A DNA stretch of 63,990 nt, the filler included, from Stramenopiles sp. TOSAG23-2 (lineage: Eukaryota), in assembly GCA_900128395.1 (NCBI GenBank). It is 6 parts of 6 records of this genome, joined end to end, with 100 filler letters (N's around TTAATTAATTAA, not from the genome) between each part and the next. Parts side by side here need not be neighbours in the genome. Positions count along the whole stretch, not along the records: positions 21,466 to 32,077 come from LT650004.1; positions 32,178 to 42,762 come from LT650005.1; 4 more parts are not named here. One strand, given 5' to 3'. A model generated the notes under the pieces. That model did no database searches. It worked only from the letters and a program-made list of their open reading frames with translations, and was not told the DNA's origin. Positions 24,048 through 36,183 of this stretch are shown here, in pieces. The translations under genes and the position numbers were made by a program. How positions within the stretch are numbered: the first letter of the stretch is position 1; every line of letters begins with the position of its first letter.

Positions 24048-24189
24048 ACCGTCTGCATTGTATTTACCTGCTAGACGAGATTTGCAATGATATTCCCATG
24101 TAGATGTATTATTCAGGAACCGTCTGAGTTGTATTTACCTGCTAGACGAGATTTGCAATGATATTCCCATGTAAATGTATTATTCAGGA
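24048..24189. repeat. ~70-bp direct repeat, two copies, containing TTTACCTGCTAG
   Basis: ACCGTCTG..TTGTATTTACCTGCTAGACGAGATTTGCAATGATATTCCCATGTA.ATGTATTATTCAGGA twice with few mismatches. Confidence 0.85.
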
Positions 24190-24673
24190 TGAGATCTTTT
24201 AACAACAACACAGCTCACAGCAGCATCATAGCAAACCCAATTGCTGATATATAGGTATATTCATTCTTCTTTAGTATACAATAAGTACACAATATTCTTC
24301 ACGGAAGAACGTTACACGACGACGATCTTCTATATGACAAAACTCATAAACTCATGCACATATATATATATATAATAGATATGGACATACATATTAAAAG
24401 TGTTAAATCATTCAGTAAAGTTGTAATAATCAACAACAAGGGATACTGTGCATTACGCTGTATATTAATATTCATATATACTAGTAATAATATACTACAT
24501 ACACAAGATATCCCCTGGTTTCAATCTCATTTTCATCATCAACTGTTCACTTCAATACAAGATATCATATATAATAATAATAATAATAATAATTCGGGAC
24601 AATTATAGCTCACCTAAGAAATCATATCTAATAATAATAATAATAATTTCGGAACGACCGACCTTCGACAATT

Positions 24674-25498
24674 ATGCCACGTTACATCCCACAAAGACCA
24701 TATTCCGATAAATATACTGGATTGCCTGGTATGTTATCCGCTATTGCAAATGAAGGGGAACATTTTCGTTTAACGAAAACATCACGTTTACAAAATATGG
24801 AAGCACGTGAAATTGTTAAAAATCAACATTTAATTGATCATCCAGCTGGTAAAGAAGGTAGACATGTTACAAATTCACAAGTTGTATCATATGATTCACC
24901 ACGTTTTATGAAAAGTCCAAAACATACATTATATTCCAAACCATCTAGAAAAGAACAAATACGTATGAATCATCGTCGTAATAATAATAATAATAATAAT
25001 AATACATCAAGAAGAGTTGTAAGCTCGATATCAAAAGATGCACCAGATACATTTAAAGTTAATTATGTACCTACTACAACAATTTCAAACAATGTAAAAT
25101 ATAATGATATTGTACCAACACCATTGCAAGTAATACATCAATTAATACCAAAAACAAAAGATCCATGGTTATTAAAAGATAAAGAACGTTTTGGTGTAGT
25201 ACCATCACCACGACGTCCGGAAATGTATAATGATATGGAAAATGAAGTCAATATGACATTTGGACATGCAGAAAAAATACATGAATTGGAACATGAATTA
25301 TTAAATAAAAGTAAACGTGCATGGAGATGGATTATACATCGTAAACCTGGTGAATTATCACGTGATAATTTAATCGATGAAGAATTAGAGGCTGCATTAA
25401 TTGATAATTTATATGATTTAGCACAACAACCATATGTATGTATGATCGTTGTATATATATATTGAATAATATCATTTTCATAAACTAACAATTATTAT

Positions 25499-25530
<32 letters not shown>

Positions 25531-25692
25531 TCGCTATAAAATATTTCGATACAGGGTGGGAATTTAAATAAATTTGTAAAACATGTTGCAAAAGCAAGAG
25601 GACCAGTAACGGAACAAAATTCATGGCCAATGGAAGTACGTTTACATTTTTTACGTGCCAAGAAAAAATGTTTATACACCCTATACACATAG
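24674..25692 (+). CDS. Hypothetical protein, two exons (24674-25435, 25555-25692)
   Basis: GTATGT donor at 25436, CTAAC branch-like site, CAG acceptor at 25554; phase-0 splice continues GGNLNKFVKHVAKARG...YT*. Confidence 0.7.
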
Positions 25693-25900
25693 ACATTAAC
25701 CGTGTACAAATTTACGCACACATAATTTGTTTAATTTTTTGTTTTTAAAAATGTGTCGTTTTTTTTATTACCGCCGCGTTAATGCGTTAATATTTTTACT
25801 CGTAATATTTTTATCACACGGCGCGAGATATTCTTTTGCCAATTAAATCTCTCTTTATTACAACTCGTTTTTATATTTTTATTTTAAAAATGTTATATGT

Positions 25901-26616
25901 TCACTCCAAATGTTCCATTCCACGTCGTTCTTTTGCTGATTTAACAATTTCTTTTACATATGATAAACGATGGTCACCTTTTAACATACGTACTAATGGT
26001 GTTGGCTGTGTTTTACGTTTACGATTATCACGTGTTAATTTAGATGTTGGTTTTTCTTCACAACGTTTATATATACCAAGTACTTTTTTATTATATTTAA
26101 TTGTTTTTGTTTCATATAATTTACGTGGTGGTACTAATCGTTGATTTATTGGAGACGATGATGATGGATGAATAATAATATATGGTTCTTGTGGTTGTAT
26201 TTTCAAATCATGATTTCTTACCTTCGTATTGTATTTTATTAATGGCGAATGTATATGTTTATCCATTATATTTTTATTATTATTAAAATTGTTGTTGTTG
26301 TTGTTGTTATCATCACCTCCTTGCCGCCTTTTATTACGTATACGTTTTGGGGAAATTGCTTCAACACGTTGTTGTGGTGATAATATTGTTTTTTTTGTAT
26401 CTTGATCATGATATTCATCATCTTCCATATGAAATGATTGGTTTAAATCATCATTTACAATGTTGATAACATGAATCGTTTCATGATTTGTTAATTTGTT
26501 GATATTATTATTATTATTATCACGATTAATAAAATGAAATGGTGTATTAATATTCGATATCATTTTATTATATAATAATTCATTTTCATTTGTTTGTTGT
26601 TGTTGTTCTTGTTGTG

Positions 26617-26648
<32 letters not shown>

Positions 26649-27226
26649 CGTTTTTCATGAATGCGTTTTGGTGATTTTGCTACAATACCTGTAGTAGTAG
26701 TAGTAGTTGGATGTATTGACATCCTTGGTATACCATCCATATGATTATTATTACTTGTAGTATTTATCTTGATAGATGTTTGTGGTGATTTTAATCGATC
26801 CAATGGTGATGATGGTATTATTTGTTCATGATAATATATTGGATTTCTTAAATTTCTTAATTTATAATGTTGTAAACGTTTTTTTGCATATGAATTTGGT
26901 GTAGATGTTGTTCCTGTTGTTGTAGTTGGCGATTGTTTTGGTGATAATATACGTGCAGATGGTATACTACTATATTGTTGTCCTTGTTTTGGTTTTTTAA
27001 TTGTTTGTATTGATGGTTGATGTTGTACATGCAATGGTATGGATGATAATTGGTTTAATTTTAATATGTTATTATTATTATTATTATTGTTGTTTAATGT
27101 AATCGATTGAAAGGTTGGTGGATATAATAATGTATTTGTATGTATTGCTTTATGCGCACGTTGTATCGCTTTTTCTGCATTGTATATTGATGGATGTACT
27201 GGTTTTGGTTTACGTGGTGTTGGCAT
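25901..27226 (-). CDS. Hypothetical low-complexity (Asn/Gln/Thr, SP-rich) protein
   Basis: 441-aa ATG ORF with host-typical poly-Asn tracts. Confidence 0.65.
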
Positions 27227-28227
27227 TTTGTTTGTGTAAAGATGATGCCAACTTGGTTATTTATCTTTGCAATTATATACCAGAAAACCTCCCACCACAA
27301 AATGATGAATAATAATAATATTACGTAAATATATATATTATATATTATATCAAAATTGAATCAAACAATGAATGAAAAATAAAATAATTGCTTCTTTTTC
27401 TGTCGTCGTTGTCGTCTACACTATTATATGGATACAGTATATAGCTATAATGAAATGTATATTTACATCACACCCAGATCACACACTCTGGCATGTACGC
27501 ACAGTTCATATATAGTATATGTACACATTTCTTACAGTTAGATATATATTTGCAATTTGCAATGTGCAATGATGTGTCCATCATATTCGATCTCCCTGTA
27601 CTGTAGTATTTACATGCTATTATACTCACAAGGTACATAGCATTGATACATCCAATACCCGATCTTCTCGATCCCCATATTATATATTATATTCTTCGCT
27701 GCGCTGATATTTCAACATATGGGCTGTAGCAGGGAAGAACAAAGGGAATCGAGTACCCCTATAACTCCGTACTCACATAAATTATTGATCCCCATCATCT
27801 ATAATGCTATTTGTATGTTAAAACCTATGATCGCTGGTTAGATAGGTATATTATCCCACATTGCACTATACGTATAAGTCATAAGTCCGTCATCAATCTG
27901 AAATAAGAAGAAGTTATTAAAAAAAAAAAGGATACCACCACAGACCACAGACGACAGGTGAAGGAAGTACCAAATGAATTAATAGAAGAGATGGGAGATC
28001 GACAATGTGAAGATATATATATAGATATATATATACATACATATATACGGCGGTGAATTATTATATTATTATCAGCATCAATATATATAGTTGGCATAAA
28101 TTACCAACATATTCACACATTTTTAAGATAAATTATTATATTATTATCAGCATCAATATATATAGTTGGCATAAATTACCAACATATTCACATTTTTTTA
28201 AGATAATTTTATAATCAATATATAACC

Positions 28228-29521
28228 ATGACCACATCGTTGCCAACATATGAAGAGATATTAAATGTATGGTTTCATGAAAAATATACAGATAAACCAT
28301 TTTCTAAATTATGGTTTACTACACCAAATTCAACAAATCAAATCAACGCAGTAAGTTTACTTCACAATATATATATATATATATATATTCACAATTTACT
28401 AACAATACTCAATCCCTTTTTTTATTTTTTTTTAATTCCCCACACAGGATCAATATATCAAAGAAAATTATACTACCATATTAAATGTTATTGAAAATGA
28501 TATTCAGATCATAAACGACAACAATAACAATACCTCAACAACACAAATCATTGATGAATGGAAAAAACAACCAATATCATATGTTGCATTAATTATAATA
28601 TTAGATCAATTCAGTCGTCATATTTATCGTAATAATAATAATAATAAACAACAACAATTACAAATAAATGATTTATTTGCATTATCATTAACAAATGAAT
28701 TTATCAATACGTTAAAATGGTATAAATATGTACCAATATTATATCAAATATTTAGTACCATGCCATTACGTCATCACAAACCAACAACTATCAATAATTT
28801 AAATTTTGTATTAAATATGTGTACAAAATATAAAAATACAAATGATTTAAATCATCGTGTATTAATGAAATTTGAGAAACAAACTATAAGACGTTTAGAA
28901 AGTTTACAAGATAAAGAAAAAGCATTAAATGCATTATCGATATTAGAAAATGAATATCGTAAAACAGATGAAACAAATATATATCATGAAAAATTAATAA
29001 AATTAGTTGATTTATTTTTACATGAATATATATTTCCTAGTAGTAATGATAATAATAATAATTCAAATGAAATATTAAATGAAAAAGAAATAATTGAACG
29101 TACATTAATAATATCATTATCAGGTGGTGTTGATTCAATGGTATTATGTAAAATATTAAATGTATTAGCAAAGAAATATAATCATTTACAAGAATATTAT
29201 GCAACAAATAATAATAATAATAATATGAAGAAGAAAAATAAGAAACAACATGTACGTAAAAAACGTAAAATATCAACAACATTAACAACACCAAAATATA
29301 AAATAAATGTTATTGCATTACATGTTAATTATAATAATCGTGTTGAAAGTATTGATGAAGCAAATTATTTACAAAAATGGTGTAAAGATCATGATATTGA
29401 ATTATTAATTGAATCATTTACTGATATTAAACGTGGTATTACACCACGTGATGTATATGAAAAAGAAACAAGAAATCGACGTTATCAATTTTATAAAGAT
29501 GTTTTAGAACATAAATATCAC

Positions 29522-29555
<34 letters not shown>

Positions 29556-30816
29556 TTGGTAATGGAAGTAGTAGCACTAGTAGTAGTAATAACAACAACA
29601 GCAACAACACTACTACTACTACTACTACCACCACCGCCAATAATAATAATAATAATAATATATTATACAATGCAACTATAATAATAATAATAATAATATT
29701 GGTAATGGAAGTAGTAGCACTAGTAGTAGTAACAACAACAACACTACTACTACTACCACCACCAATAATAATAATAATAATAATAATAATATATTATACA
29801 ATGCAACTGGTATCTTTTTTGGACATCATCAAGGTGATGTACAAGAAAATGTTATAAGTAATACAATGAAAGGTAGTAATTTATTGAATTTATCTGGTAT
29901 GCATTCATGTAGTACAAATAATAATAATAATAATAATATATTATACAATGCAACTGGTATCTTTTTTGGACATCATCAAGGTGATGTACAAGAAAATGTT
30001 ATAAGTAATACAATGAAAGGTAGTAATTTATTGAATTTGTCTGGTATGTATTCATGTAGTACAGTGAATAATGTATTAATATATCGACCATTATTATCAA
30101 TTAATAAAAATTTAATCATACAATTTGCAAAAAAATATGGTATACCATATTTTCTAGATACAACACCAACATGGAGTAATCGTGGTAAAATGCGTAATCA
30201 ATTAATACCATTATGTCAAGATATGTTTGGTTCCGGTGTATTATTAAAATTATCACAAATGGCAAATCAATCAAGTGAAATATCAAATGTATTAAATCAA
30301 ACATTATTTCATAAATTTAAAAAAAAAATACATATTATTAAACAATATGATATTGTTAGTATTGAGATTGATGTACCACGTGTTAGTAGTAATAATAATA
30401 AAAATAATGATGATATGGATGATATGAATTTTGTTAATATGCCATTATTTTTTTGGCGTACTATGTTAAGTGATTTATGTCATAGTCAAGGATGGCCGAT
30501 GATTGGCAATAAAGCATTAAATGAAATGTTAATATGGTTTAAACGTGGTAAAAGTAGTTGGATACCAGTGAAAAAAACAATGCCAACTTTATATCATCAA
30601 GGTATATTATATATGTTTAATGGTAATTTATTTTTTAAGAATAATAATAAAAAAGATGTTGATAATGATGATGATGATAAGAAAGAAAAACGTTCTGTAA
30701 TATCAATTGAATCCAATCGTATATTAAATATATTTAATGGTAGTTATGTTGTTCGTAACTTTATACATGTTGTTTTGAAGACATTGGAGGTGGTGGACGA
30801 GGTGGTGAACAAGTAA
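28228..30816 (+). CDS. tilS: DUF924-like domain fused to tRNA(Ile)-lysidine synthase-like PP-loop ATPase; intron 28351-28447; frame broken by internal duplications at ~29520-30060
   Basis: Spliced N-terminus EILNVWF...LWF...ALIIILDQFSRHIYR...MPLRH; then SLSGGVDSMVL, HVNYNNR, RNRRYQFY, GHHQGDVQEN, YRPLL, DTTPTWSNRGKMRNQLIP. Confidence 0.85.
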
Positions 30817-31417
30817 AACGTGCGGGTTGTGTGTATTATAGCAGCACGCCCACATCCATTTTAAATAATATATATATATCATAAAAATATTGAGAGTTGA
30901 TGGTTGATGAGGAATTATATAAAAATGCGTAATATAATTTCATACTCTAGAAATTTGTTGTATGCATATGATACGAAAATATTTGTTTTTATTAAATAAA
31001 TCATGTACTTTTTTAACTTTTTACTCGCGTAGATTTTTAATTTTTAACCCCGCACCCGCACACCGCGCCGCACAGACATTTTTTTACGTAATTTTTATTC
31101 ACACACACATTGTCACGACCCCTGCCCCCTGCGCTGTAATTGCATTAATGCATAATTTTACTTTTCCTCTGTTTTTTCTAATTTTTCCACCCCCCACATC
31201 CCACCAAACACACCTTTTTTTTCATTTATTTATTATATTTAATTCATTTATTATTATTAATAATTAATTCACCACCATCTTCTTCTCCTCTCTGCTCCTC
31301 TCTAGTCGAGTGCCTCCTGGCCTCGCCGCTTTATCACTATACTGCTCCTCTGCACATCTTGTGCTGTGCTGCTGTGCTGCTCATTCTTAGACTACACACT
31401 GTGCTGTGCTGCCAATA

Positions 31418-31710
31418 TATTAGAAGGTGCATAGCAATAGATGATACAACATGTGTGTGCTATCTCGATACTATTGTATTAGAAGGTGCATAGCAACAGA
31501 TGCAACATGTGTGTGCTATCTCCATACTATTGTATTAGAAGGTGCATAGCAACAGATACAACATGTGTGTGCTATCTCGATACTATTGTATTAGCAGGTG
31601 CATAGCAATAGATATACAACATGTGTCTGCTATCTCCATGCTATTGTATTAGCAGTGGATTTACAACATGTGTGTGCTATCTCCATACTATTGTATTAGC
31701 AGGTGCATAG
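31418..31710. repeat. ~56-bp minisatellite, about 5 copies, core TATTAG(A/C)AGGTGCATAGCA
   Basis: Units start near 31418, 31477, 31533, 31589, 31647 (internally deleted) and 31694 (partial). Confidence 0.9.
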
Positions 31711-32077
31711 TGGGGGGGAATCGAGATGAAATCATTTTTGCCGTTTTGATAGGAAGTGTATACTTGTTAGTGATCTATTATTTCTATAGAAATCACGTCC
31801 CAATTTTTCCATCCTTTTCAATGCTATGCACCTGCTAATATAATAGCATTGACACAGGAAGGGATACAAGCGTCAATTGTTTCACAGTGTGTGTAAGAAT
31901 CTAATAAAAAAGCTACTATCATATAACTGTAGCCTGTAGCTACTAATCTAACTAACAGTGATGGGTGAAATTAAAATGGTGAAATGTTAATATGTTTTAA
32001 TGTGTGTCTGTATTTATTTATTTATATATAGGGATATTGTAGTTGGTAGTATATAAATATATATATATTAATTATTA

Positions 32078-32177
32078 NNNNNNNNNNNNNNNNNNNNNNN
32101 NNNNNNNNNNNNNNNNNNNNNTTAATTAATTAANNNNNNNNNNNNNNNNNNNNNNNNNNNNNNNNNNNNNNNNNNNN
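32078..32177. other. Artificial contig spacer
   Basis: N run with TTAATTAATTAA. Confidence 0.99.
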
Positions 32178-32927
32178 ACTCATTTTTTTAGGTATCGTAT
32201 CAAATACATCTAAATACGACTGAAAATTTACAGCATTTTTAAGTATTTTAATAAAAATTAGCAATAATTTCTTTGCCAAAATTTTTTAACAAAATAATAC
32301 CAATGCTATTCATATAGTATTTTGATAATTCTCTTCTTCTTTTTCCTTTCTTTTTTTCTTTCTCTTTTTTCCCCTTATTTTCGTCCTGCACACGCCTTCG
32401 GCGTGTCTCCTTTCCCCTTCTTCATATATGGTGCAGCCCTACCAGAAGAGAAGAATTTTGTGAAGGACTGAAGACTGAGAAAGAGCTGATGGTATGCCTA
32501 TGCTATAATATTAACCAAAACATGATGAATGAAAATTTTACAATTTTTTTTGCCATTATCATCGGCCATGCCTGGCCCAGCTGGCCCAGGGCTGTGGGCA
32601 TGCTGGCATGGGGGAAAAATTATAACCGTTTTGCACTTTTATACTATTAATATACCACAGAGTACCTGATAAACGAATGGCACTTTGCTTGAACATTTTT
32701 TTTTTTTACGAGATGCATATTTTCGGATATTATCAGATTAAATAATTTAATTTTTCAAGTTATTTGTCGTTTTCGTCATTTAAATAGTAATATCATCAGT
32801 TTTGAAATGATATTTTTCACTCAAAATTTTACTAAAATCAGTGATGACATTTTTGGAATTTATATGTCGATATTTTTTCGATCTGAAAAAAAAAATGTTC
32901 AAGCATACTGCCATTCATTTCCTGAGT

Positions 32928-32965
32928 ATATACAGTATGGCAGCTGTCGCTGCCATACTGTATAT
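32928..32965. other. Perfect 17-bp hairpin with 4-nt loop
   Basis: ATATACAGTATGGCAGC-TGTC-GCTGCCATACTGTATAT. Confidence 0.8.
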
Positions 32966-33263
32966 GCGAATAGCATAGCGGGGTTTCCTGAGTAACCACA
33001 GAGCAGTCTTAGTCTATAAATAATACATATATAGCACTATGATAGTATTACTGTATAATTACATATCCTCCGGGCTCCTCTGTGCTGGAAAAATACATAT
33101 ATATATTTGTACAATTATATAATTTGGAATTGTGAGAACAGAGAAATATATATAGAGAAAGAAAGATTATAATACAAACAACAACAAAACATACAATTGA
33201 TTTAAGAATATTATATATATATATATATATTTATACAAAAGATATAAAGTTATAAGAAGAAAT

Positions 33264-34088
33264 ATGGGATGTAAATGTTGTGTACCAGCAGCAATGAAAG
33301 TATTGCCTGGAGATATTTTACCAAATTTGCCAGAAAATATCATACATATAAACGAGTCTACATCAAAAGAGCAAAGGGAAGAGTTTGAACAAGTAATTGC
33401 CAAGTCATTTTGTGGAACAACAAAAACATCACCAGAGGCAATGATTGGTTGGTTTTTTGAAGGGGGTAAACCAGGAGTGAATCCAACTGATCCGTTGAAA
33501 GAAGATCCATCGCCAGCGCGAGAAAATTTCTGTTTAGTTGGACTTGCTAAATTTTCCGTAGCAACTGTTTTAAGACATGGTGGGTGTTATGCTTTGCTTG
33601 ACTCTTCGGGAAAAATTGTTGGTGCCACTAGCTTTTTCCCACCAAGCAAGAAACCAATTTATAAAATGGGTATGTGCGAATTTATTTGGGTAGCAAACCA
33701 ATTAGGTGGTATGAATGCTTTGCCTAAAGAAGTGACTTCAGGAGATTCCTGTAAAAGAGGAGAGATTATTGAAAAAGTGACGCAAAAATGTCACTCGGAA
33801 TGTATACAAGGAGAACATCTTTATGTACAAGTTATGGCTATTTTGCCAGGGGAACAAGGCAAAGGTTATGGTAGGAAACTGATGGAATTCCTGAATGCTG
33901 CGGCTGATAATATGGGAGTACCATCTTATTTGGAATGTTCAAGCGTACGAAATGTTAATTTTTATGAAAAGAATGGTTATAAAGTAATAAAAGACTATGA
34001 ATTAAAATATAAAGATGATGTATTTAAACCTGATGGTGTTGAGAAAGGTATACGTGCCATGGTACGGACAGTTGGAGGAGGTGATTAA
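33264..34088 (+). CDS. GNAT-family N-acetyltransferase
   Basis: HLYVQVMAILPGEQGKGYGRKLM (motif A) and YLECSSVRNVNFYEKNGY (motif B); N-terminal MGCKCC. Confidence 0.9.
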   Translation: MGCKCCVPAAMKVLPGDILPNLPENIIHINESTSKEQREEFEQVIAKSFCGTTKTSPEAMIGWFFEGGKPGVNPTDPLKEDPSPARENFCLVGLAKFSVATVLRHGGCYALLDSSGKIVGATSFFPPSKKPIYKMGMCEFIWVANQLGGMNALPKEVTSGDSCKRGEIIEKVTQKCHSECIQGEHLYVQVMAILPGEQGKGYGRKLMEFLNAAADNMGVPSYLECSSVRNVNFYEKNGYKVIKDYELKYKDDVFKPDGVEKGIRAMVRTVGGGD

Positions 34089-34725
34089 AGGATGTGGATA
34101 TGTATAAGGAGACGTGCAAAGTACTACGAACTCGTAATATAACAAGGTCATGAAAGGTAAATTGTTGTGTTTAAAGTAAATGTTTTATTATTTAAAAAAA
34201 GAAATTTTGATAGTTGATGGATTGAGAGATAATATTTTATTTTCTCCAACAAAAAGGTGGTTGATAACATGATAAACCTCATTAGTAATTTCTGAGAGTC
34301 ATTGATGCGCCCATTTTATACCGATTAGACATTTTCATATCTTTACTTTTGGCTCCAGTCGTAATACTCTTTTGAAAGTAATGGTTTATTATGAGTAGAG
34401 AGAGAAATACAAAAATCAAAAACACGTAAAAAAGCATTTTTACTCCTCAAGTGCTCAATTTATTTTTAAAAAAAAAATTTAATATCCTCCTTCTCTCTCT
34501 CTCTCTTTTTCAAATAATGTTCCCGTATTGCTTCAACCTCATTTACGATTTTTAATTTGAAGTACTCTCGCATAGATGTGTAATAACAAAATAGCACTAA
34601 ATAGCATTAGCACCTCGCATAAAAAGAGCTTCAAAACACACCACACATCATAATCTTTTTTTCTTATTTATTTTTATAATTCACATTTTGTACAAAATTA
34701 AAATATATATTTTAATGTGCGTGTG

Positions 34726-35190
34726 ATGAATGGTAAGAAAAATAATAATGAGAGTTCGAAACAAAAGAATGAAGATGGTGGTGCGGGTAGTAAAAAATCT
34801 ACTTCAACGCATTTAAGTATTGAAGAAAGAACAGCAAAACGTCTTGATGAAGTACGTTCTGAAGATACAAAATCGAAAAAAGAAGAAGGTAAAAAACAAA
34901 GGAAAATGCCACATCCTCCAAAAGATGATGTAAAAAAAGAAGATAACAATAAGGAGAAGGTAAAGGAATCGAAAATATCAAAAGTAGAAGGAACGAAAGA
35001 AACAAAAAAAGAGAAGAAAAATGAAGAAAGTAAATCAAAAAACGATAATAAAAATGAAGATAATAATGCTAAAAAAGGAGATGCAGCAGATGAAAAGAAA
35101 AAAAGAGTTCGAAAAAATTTAGCAAAAATGAAGACAGCATCAAATGTAGTTGTAAAAGCAAAAAAGAATAAGGGTTGTGTCATTAGTTAA
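34726..35190 (+). CDS. Lys/Glu-rich protein ending in a polybasic tract and CaaX box
   Basis: Ends KAKKNKGCVIS*; start uncertain, could be a terminal exon. Confidence 0.65.
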   Translation: MNGKKNNNESSKQKNEDGGAGSKKSTSTHLSIEERTAKRLDEVRSEDTKSKKEEGKKQRKMPHPPKDDVKKEDNNKEKVKESKISKVEGTKETKKEKKNEESKSKNDNKNEDNNAKKGDAADEKKKRVRKNLAKMKTASNVVVKAKKNKGCVIS

Positions 35191-35472
35191 AAAGGGGGTG
35201 GGAGAGACTAGGAAGAGTCTGTGTGTGTGTGTGTTTATAAAAGTCATTGATCTTTGATTTCTTGTATAGCTTTCGTGCTGTATGTATGATGTGTCTCTAT
35301 AACAGTTAATTTTGGTAATTTTCATTTTGGAAGAAAAGAGTCAAACAAATTTAGCAGCCAATTAATATACCCAGGTAAACATATTAATATTAATATACGA
35401 TTTAAACTCTCATAATCATTTTATACTTTCTCCTCCTCCTCGCTCTCAAAATACACTCTCTAAATACATCAT

Positions 35473-36183
35473 TTATTTAGCTTCTTGTTGAACTGATTCA
35501 GATGCAAGTTTTTCAGCTGCTTTTGTTGCTTCCTCTTCTGCTGCTTTTGTAGCATCTTCAGTTGCTTTTGCTTCTAATGCAGCTTTTTTTTCACCTTCTT
35601 CTGTTGCTGCTTCAGCTGCTGCATGTGCTTCTGCTAATGCTTCAGCCTCTTTTTTTAACTCTTCTTGTCGTCTTTGTTCTACTGCTTTCGCTGATTCTTC
35701 AGCTGCGGCTTTTTCTGCTGCTAAACGACGGCTTTCTTCCGCTTGTGCAGCTGCGGCTTGTGCTTGTGCTGCATCAGCTTGTGCTTGCGCAGCAATTTCT
35801 TCAGCGGTTGGTTGTACAACTTCTGCTGTTACCTCAGGAGTTTTTGGAGGTGTTGGTGCTTTTTTGGGTGTTTCAGCTGGACATGAACGAAACATATCTC
35901 TCATAGCAAAACAACCTGATTGACATGCATTGGTCGTAGTTGGTCTAGGAGTTGGTTGACTTGCACATGCACCATGACAATTTGCATTCTGTTTGCCCCT
36001 AATTGCTACTCTACACCCTGTCATACATGCGTTGTAAATAGTTGGCATAGGCCTTGCACGTCGAAAGGATCCGCATATTTGTGATTTGCATTCGTTTCGT
36101 GTACCAACTGCACACTTTGCCATAACATTGATATAACTACAGGTTAATGTTAAGCATAATAGGAAGAATGTTTTAGATATCAT
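35473..36183 (-). CDS. Secreted protein with Cys-rich duplicated module and Ala/Glu coiled coil
   Basis: Signal MISKTFFLLCLTLTCS; RPMPTIYNACMTGC and RPTTTNACQSGC. Confidence 0.8.
   Translation of the reverse strand: MISKTFFLLCLTLTCSYINVMAKCAVGTRNECKSQICGSFRRARPMPTIYNACMTGCRVAIRGKQNANCHGACASQPTPRPTTTNACQSGCFAMRDMFRSCPAETPKKAPTPPKTPEVTAEVVQPTAEEIAAQAQADAAQAQAAAAQAEESRRLAAEKAAAEESAKAVEQRRQEELKKEAEALAEAHAAAEAATEEGEKKAALEAKATEDATKAAEEEATKAAEKLASESVQQEAK

Noticed and set aside
29520-30060. Programmed frameshift or pseudogenisation in tilS
   Set aside because: The frame break coincides with duplicated poly-AAT segments and all motifs are intact, so misassembly is the simpler explanation
31418-31710. 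Possible CRISPR array
   Set aside because: Whole units repeat with no unique spacers; it is a minisatellite
32390-32406. ACACGCC-TTC-GGCGTGT hairpin as a Helitron end or terminator
   Set aside because: Only a 7-bp stem, no downstream CTRR, single instance
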